Assembly (NCBI GenBank): GCA_023412695.1
Contig: JAEYNG010000346.1
Span: 1-30,153, forward strand
DNA length: 30,153 bases
Source: Planctomycetota bacterium
GTDB lineage: Bacteria > Planctomycetota > Phycisphaerae > Phycisphaerales > UBA1924
Direction: 5' to 3'
In this document: piece after piece, positions 25,853-30,153 of the stretch
Position numbering within the stretch: the first letter of the stretch is position 1
Layout of the letters: every line of letters begins with the position of its first letter
Position numbers and translations under genes: made by a program
Notes under the pieces: generated by a model
Told to the model about the DNA's origin: nothing
Seen by the model: the letters and a program-made list of their open reading frames with translations, nothing else
Database searches by the model: none

Positions 25853-27412
25853 TCATGGCGCAGTTGCTGCTCCATCACCGGCATCGCTGGAGCCGTTCTC
25901 CTGGGTCGGCGCAGCCTCGGCTTCACTTGCTTCGGGCGTCGCCCGCGGCTGGTTGTAGACAAAGTCGAGGCCGCCTGTTGCGCGGAGAGCGGTCACCGGC
26001 GGCTTGGCCCCCATATCTCCACCGTTGTCCACGCCGTCGGCGCCGAAGGAGTAGAGCAGGTAGCCGCGGTTGTCGGGGTCGGTGGCGGGGTCGAGCAGCC
26101 TGTAGCCGAACCCTTTGCCGTTCGCGGCGTCGATCGGCAGGGCAGGGAGGATCGCCGGCGCGAGCTCCGCGAGGGTTGCCGGGTATGCGTTGTGCCGCGC
26201 GCGGTGGACCTCGAGCGCGAGCATGATGCGTGTCGCCGCGAGCTCCGACGTGATCTGATCGTTCGATTCGAGCGCTTTGCCGACGGCGGGGAGCATCAGC
26301 GAGAGGATCTTGAACCGCCCGATGTTCGCGGCCGGGTCCGGGCCGGTGAGGGCGGCACGCTCGGGCCGCGTCATGGACGCGAGCTTGATGTAGTAGTCGT
26401 AGATCTGGTTCGCGCGTTCCACGGTCTCCGCGCGGCCCGGCTGTAGAAGACCCATGAGGTTAAAGACGCGGCTCGTGCCCGCGCCCGGCGTGCCCTGCGG
26501 AGTTGACATGACGTCGAGATCGGCGGCCGCGGCGGGCAGGAAGCGGCCGTCGCCCCGGCCGTTGTCGCTGTAGGTCCGCTGGATCATGTCCAGTGTCATG
26601 TAGCGCTCGCCGTCGAACGCGCCGGCAACGGAGGGGAGCGGGTGCCGATCCATGGCGGCGAGGAGGTCGAGGGCTGCACGTTCCGAGAGCGGGCGCTCGA
26701 TGATCTCGCGGCGCAGCTCGCTCGCGGCCAGTGCGTTGATCGCCACTGCGACGAGGTTGTCGATGAGGGCGAGCTGCGCGCCGATGACGCGTGCGCTGGC
26801 GAGCATCTGCTCGAACGCGGCCAGGCGTGTCGCCTCGTCGCCCGCATCGGACGCGAGCTTCATGCGTGCGGCGTTCATGCGGGCGAGCTGGCGTGCATGG
26901 CCGAGCTCGGGCAGCAGAATGAGGACGAGCGGGGTGTCCTGCGCGTACGGCCGCGCGGCGAAAGCAATCTCGGGGAGTTTGGCAAGGTCGTCGAAGCCGC
27001 CCGCGGCGCGGAACTCCTCGAGCCATTCGCGACAGATCTGCCGCGCCTGTTCGGCGGTGAAGGAGTCGCGGTAGGGCTTCGCGTCGGGCGTGTAGAGAAA
27101 CGTGAAATCGAAGGCGTCGGGAGCCACATCGGGGTGCCGCTGCGCGACCGCCTCGCGCGCGGCGCTGAGCTTCTCGGCGATCTCGCTGATGAGGCCCCAG
27201 TTGTCGGGCGCACCGGCGGGCATCTTCTGGCGTTGGCGGGCGAGCTCGTTGGCCTTCGTGCCGTAGTCGGTGGTGATGTTGGGGTCGGCGAAGATCACCG
27301 ACAGTACGAACCACGCGAATAACGCGCCGCCCAGGAGGAGGGCGATCGCGATCATCTTGAGTGGTGTGAAGAATGGTCGCCGCGGCCGGGCGTCGTGGGC
27401 GTGGTCGTGCAT
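25853..27412 (-). CDS. Membrane-anchored hypothetical protein with C-terminal GspG-like domain (paralog 1)
   Basis: GGGAG RBS; N-terminal TM; ATRIMLALEVHRARHNAYPATLAEL...LPID...FGYR...YLLYSFGADGVDNGGD; shares DYG, AARP, IQR..SDNGRG.G..LP and D.VYNQP with the downstream paralog. Confidence 0.75.
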   Translation of the reverse strand: MHDHAHDARPRRPFFTPLKMIAIALLLGGALFAWFVLSVIFADPNITTDYGTKANELARQRQKMPAGAPDNWGLISEIAEKLSAAREAVAQRHPDVAPDAFDFTFLYTPDAKPYRDSFTAEQARQICREWLEEFRAAGGFDDLAKLPEIAFAARPYAQDTPLVLILLPELGHARQLARMNAARMKLASDAGDEATRLAAFEQMLASARVIGAQLALIDNLVAVAINALAASELRREIIERPLSERAALDLLAAMDRHPLPSVAGAFDGERYMTLDMIQRTYSDNGRGDGRFLPAAAADLDVMSTPQGTPGAGTSRVFNLMGLLQPGRAETVERANQIYDYYIKLASMTRPERAALTGPDPAANIGRFKILSLMLPAVGKALESNDQITSELAATRIMLALEVHRARHNAYPATLAELAPAILPALPIDAANGKGFGYRLLDPATDPDNRGYLLYSFGADGVDNGGDMGAKPPVTALRATGGLDFVYNQPRATPEASEAEAAPTQENGSSDAGDGAATAP

Positions 27413-27496
27413 GATTCGCTCCCTGCAACTGGTGCTGAGGGATCATACCGAAAATGACGTTTGTGATTGCAGGCCGCGACGACGCCGGAAGGAGGC

Positions 27497-28561
27497 TCAG
27501 GCGGTCGTCGGCGGGACTGGGCTGCTGTTGCCCGGTGTCGGATCGGCGGCGTCGGCCCAGCAGGCGACGTGGTGGCCATCGTCGCGTGGCTCGAGTACCG
27601 GGCGGTCCGAGCGGCAGCGGTCCAAGACGTGCGGGCAGCGACCCGCGAACGCGCAGCCCTTTGGCGGGTTGAACGGGCTGGGGACATCGCCCTGCAGGAT
27701 CGTGAGCGGTCGCGAGCCCCGCTGGTCGGGGTCGTCGATCGGGTTTGCGCCGAGCAGGGCGCGGGTGTACGGATGGCGGGCGCGGGTGTGCAGGTCGTCG
27801 CAGGGGAGGGACTCGACAATGTGGCCGAGGTACATCACGAGCACACGGTCGCAGAAGTGCTCGATGACCTTGAGGTCGTGGCTGATGAAGAGGATCGTGA
27901 GGCCGAACTCGCGCTTGAGGTCCATCATGAGGTTGAGGACCTGCGCCTGGATAGAAACGTCGAGCGCGGAGACGGGCTCGTCGGCGATAAGGAACTCGGG
28001 CTTGAGCGCGAGGGCGCGGGCGATGCCGAGCCGCTGGCGCTGGCCGCCGGAGAACTCGTGCGGGAACTTATCCTTGGCGTCGCGGCGGAGACCGACCTTA
28101 GCGATCAGCTCGTCGATGTAGCTCTCGTGATGCTCCGGGGGCACGATGTTGTGGAACTGGATCGCCTCGCGCAAGAGCTTGCGGACGGTGAGCCGCGGAT
28201 TGAGCGAGGAGTACGGGTCCTGGAAGATGATCTGCATACGCCGGCGGAAAGGCATGAGCTCGGCGTGCGAGAGACGCGTGATGTCGGTGCCGTCGAAAAG
28301 AATGGAGCCCGAGGTCGGCTCGCTCAGGCGGATGACGGCCTTGCCGAGCGTTGACTTGCCGCAGCCGGATTCGCCGACCACACCCACAATCTCGCCCTTG
28401 TTGACGGAGAACGAGACGCCGTTGACGGCGTGCACATTGCCGATGACGCGGTTGAGGATCCCGCCGCGGACAGGGAAGTGCTTGACGAGGTTCGAGACCG
28501 ACAGCAGCGGCGCGGAGGCGTGCGTCCGGGTGGCGGGTGCGCGGGTGGCGAGGGTGGTCAT
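27497..28561 (-). CDS. oppF: Oligopeptide/dipeptide ABC transporter ATP-binding subunit (OppF/DppF-like)
   Basis: GESGCGKST, IFQDPYSSLNPR, PHEFSGGQRQR, ADEPVSALDVSIQAQ, HPYTRALL, GDVPSP..PPKGCAF..RC. Confidence 0.9.
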   Translation of the reverse strand: MTTLATRAPATRTHASAPLLSVSNLVKHFPVRGGILNRVIGNVHAVNGVSFSVNKGEIVGVVGESGCGKSTLGKAVIRLSEPTSGSILFDGTDITRLSHAELMPFRRRMQIIFQDPYSSLNPRLTVRKLLREAIQFHNIVPPEHHESYIDELIAKVGLRRDAKDKFPHEFSGGQRQRLGIARALALKPEFLIADEPVSALDVSIQAQVLNLMMDLKREFGLTILFISHDLKVIEHFCDRVLVMYLGHIVESLPCDDLHTRARHPYTRALLGANPIDDPDQRGSRPLTILQGDVPSPFNPPKGCAFAGRCPHVLDRCRSDRPVLEPRDDGHHVACWADAADPTPGNSSPVPPTTA

Positions 28562-29604
28562 AGCCGGGCTCCCGCCGCGTTTGAGACGGTGAGGGGTGTG
28601 GGCACGGGCTGGCTCAGCGGGAAATGGCAGCGCTTGAGGTGCGATTCGCCTTCCCCTTCCGCCGGGAGCAGGTCGGGCTCGCTCTCGCGGCAGAGGGGCT
28701 GGGCACGCGGGCAGCGGTCCGCGAAGCGGCAGCCGGGCGGGAGTTCGAACAGGCTCGGGACAATCCCCTCGATCGTCGGGAGGCGCTTGCCGTGCTCCTT
28801 GCGGCCGGCCTTGGGGATCGAGTCGAGCAGGGCGCGGGTGTACGGGTGCTGCGGCGAGTGGAAGATGCGGCGGACGCCCCCCACTTCGATCACGCGGCCG
28901 GCGTACATGACCGCGACACGGTCGCAGACCTGGGCGACGACGCCGAGGTTGTGCGTGATGAGGATGATCGCGGTGTTCAGCCGCTTGCGCAGGCTGTCCA
29001 TCAACGCGAGGATCTGGGCCTGGATGGTGACGTCGAGCGCGGTGGTCGGCTCGTCGGCGATGAGGACGTCGGGCTCGCAGCAGAGGGCCATCGCGATCAT
29101 CACACGCTGGCGCATGCCGCCGGAGAGCTGGTGCGGGTACTCATCGACGCGCCGCTCGGCGTTGGGGATCTCGACGAGCTTGAGCATCTCGATCGCGCGG
29201 GTGCGGCGGGCGGCGCGGGAGAGATCGGTGTGGTACTTGAGGGCCTCGTCGAGCTGCCAGCCGATCGTGAAGACCGGGTTGAGCGAGGTCATCGGCTCCT
29301 GGAAGATCATGGCGATGCGGTCGCCGCGGATGCGCCGCATGGTGCGGCCGTCGGCCGTTGCGAGGTTGATCCCCTCGAACATGATCTGCGAACGCGGGTC
29401 GATGATGGTCGTGCGCTCGGGGAGGAGGCGCATGATGGACTTGCTGGTGACGGTCTTGCCGCAGCCTGATTCGCCGACGATGCCCAGCGTCTCGCCAGGG
29501 TAGAGATCGAACGAGACGTCGTCGACGGCGGTGACGACGCCGCGGTCGGTGCGGAAGCGGGTCGTGAGGTGGCGGACCGAGAGGATTGGCTGGGCGGTCG
29601 TCAT
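28558..29604 (-). CDS. oppD: Oligopeptide/dipeptide ABC transporter ATP-binding subunit (OppD/DppD-like)
   Basis: GESGCGKTV, MIFQEPMTSLNPV, YPHQLSGGMRQRVMIA, ADEPTTALDVTIQAQ, HPYTRALL, PPGCRFADRC. Confidence 0.9.
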   Translation of the reverse strand: MTTAQPILSVRHLTTRFRTDRGVVTAVDDVSFDLYPGETLGIVGESGCGKTVTSKSIMRLLPERTTIIDPRSQIMFEGINLATADGRTMRRIRGDRIAMIFQEPMTSLNPVFTIGWQLDEALKYHTDLSRAARRTRAIEMLKLVEIPNAERRVDEYPHQLSGGMRQRVMIAMALCCEPDVLIADEPTTALDVTIQAQILALMDSLRKRLNTAIILITHNLGVVAQVCDRVAVMYAGRVIEVGGVRRIFHSPQHPYTRALLDSIPKAGRKEHGKRLPTIEGIVPSLFELPPGCRFADRCPRAQPLCRESEPDLLPAEGEGESHLKRCHFPLSQPVPTPLTVSNAAGARL

Positions 29605-29619
29605 CGCAAGATTCAGTCC

Positions 29620-30153
29620 TTATCCCACGTGCTTCGGATCAAACGCGTCCTGCAGCGCATCCGACACGATGTTGAACGCGAGGACGAGGACGAACATGAA
29701 CGCGGTGGCCGCGCCGATCTGCCAGAAGATGCCGTTGATGACTTCCTGCGTGGACTCCTGGATCATGCGGCCCCAACTGGGCCCGACCTTGACGCCGAGG
29801 CCGAGGAACGAGAGCACGACCTCGAACTTGATCGCCGCGATGAAGAGCAGCGAGAAGTTGATGAACATCAGGTGCACGGTGTTGGGGATGACGTGCTTGA
29901 GGAGGATGTAGAAGCGGCCGAAGCCGATGGCGGTCGCGGCCTGGACGTACTCGAGCTCCTTGAGCTTGAGCGTTTCGCCACGGATCACGCGGCAGGGACC
30001 GATCCAGAACTCCATGCACATCGCGGCGTAGACCGGGACGAGGGCGAGCCAGGGGTTGCTGACTTTGTCGAAGATGCTGCCGCTGAAGGCGTAGACGAGC
30101 ACGGCGAGCAGGATGAGCTCGGGCATGCTCGAGAGGGTGGAATAGAGCCAGAC
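29620..30153 (-). CDS. oppC: Oligopeptide ABC transporter permease (OppC/DppC-like), 5' end outside the window
   Basis: EAA-like loop EYVQAATAIG...ILLKHVIPN, E..LSFLGLG...SWGRMI, FNIVSDALQDAFDP; frame is open to 30153 (VWLYSTLSSMPE...). Confidence 0.88.
   Translation of the reverse strand, partial: VWLYSTLSSMPELILLAVLVYAFSGSIFDKVSNPWLALVPVYAAMCMEFWIGPCRVIRGETLKLKELEYVQAATAIGFGRFYILLKHVIPNTVHLMFINFSLLFIAAIKFEVVLSFLGLGVKVGPSWGRMIQESTQEVINGIFWQIGAATAFMFVLVLAFNIVSDALQDAFDPKHVG

Noticed and set aside
27442..27472. TATGAT -10-like hexamer upstream of the 27412 gene (minus strand)
   Set aside because: Plausible promoter, but no convincing -35 at the proper spacing, so it is not listed as a feature.

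Overview
GC-rich bacterial chromosomal window with no mobile elements, RNA genes or CRISPR that I can see. It is probably from a planctomycete (Phycisphaerales-like); this is inferred from the VPAPG-type PEP-CTERM tail and the RRA|FTL prepilin leaders. The left part holds housekeeping genes: priA, a D-amino-acid aminotransferase-like gene and murD (partial) on the minus strand, with carA divergent. The centre (5.7-23.3 kb, + strand) has two paralogous secreted proteins with triple Spy/CpxP-like (LTxxQ) units, then a translationally coupled type II secretion-like operon (E-F-G-H-I-J-K-L-M-[C-position protein]-D-lipoprotein), then a separately promoted PEP-CTERM-type surface protein. The gspE ATPase frame is interrupted by one in-frame TAG (8765-8767) in the linker after its N-terminal domain. 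The right part (minus strand) has oligopeptide ABC transporter genes, two paralogous ~510-aa membrane-anchored proteins ending in a GspG/pseudopilin-like domain, and an FAH-family gene. Several housekeeping genes show a leaderless-promoter signature. All calls are from motif recognition by eye; no searches were run.
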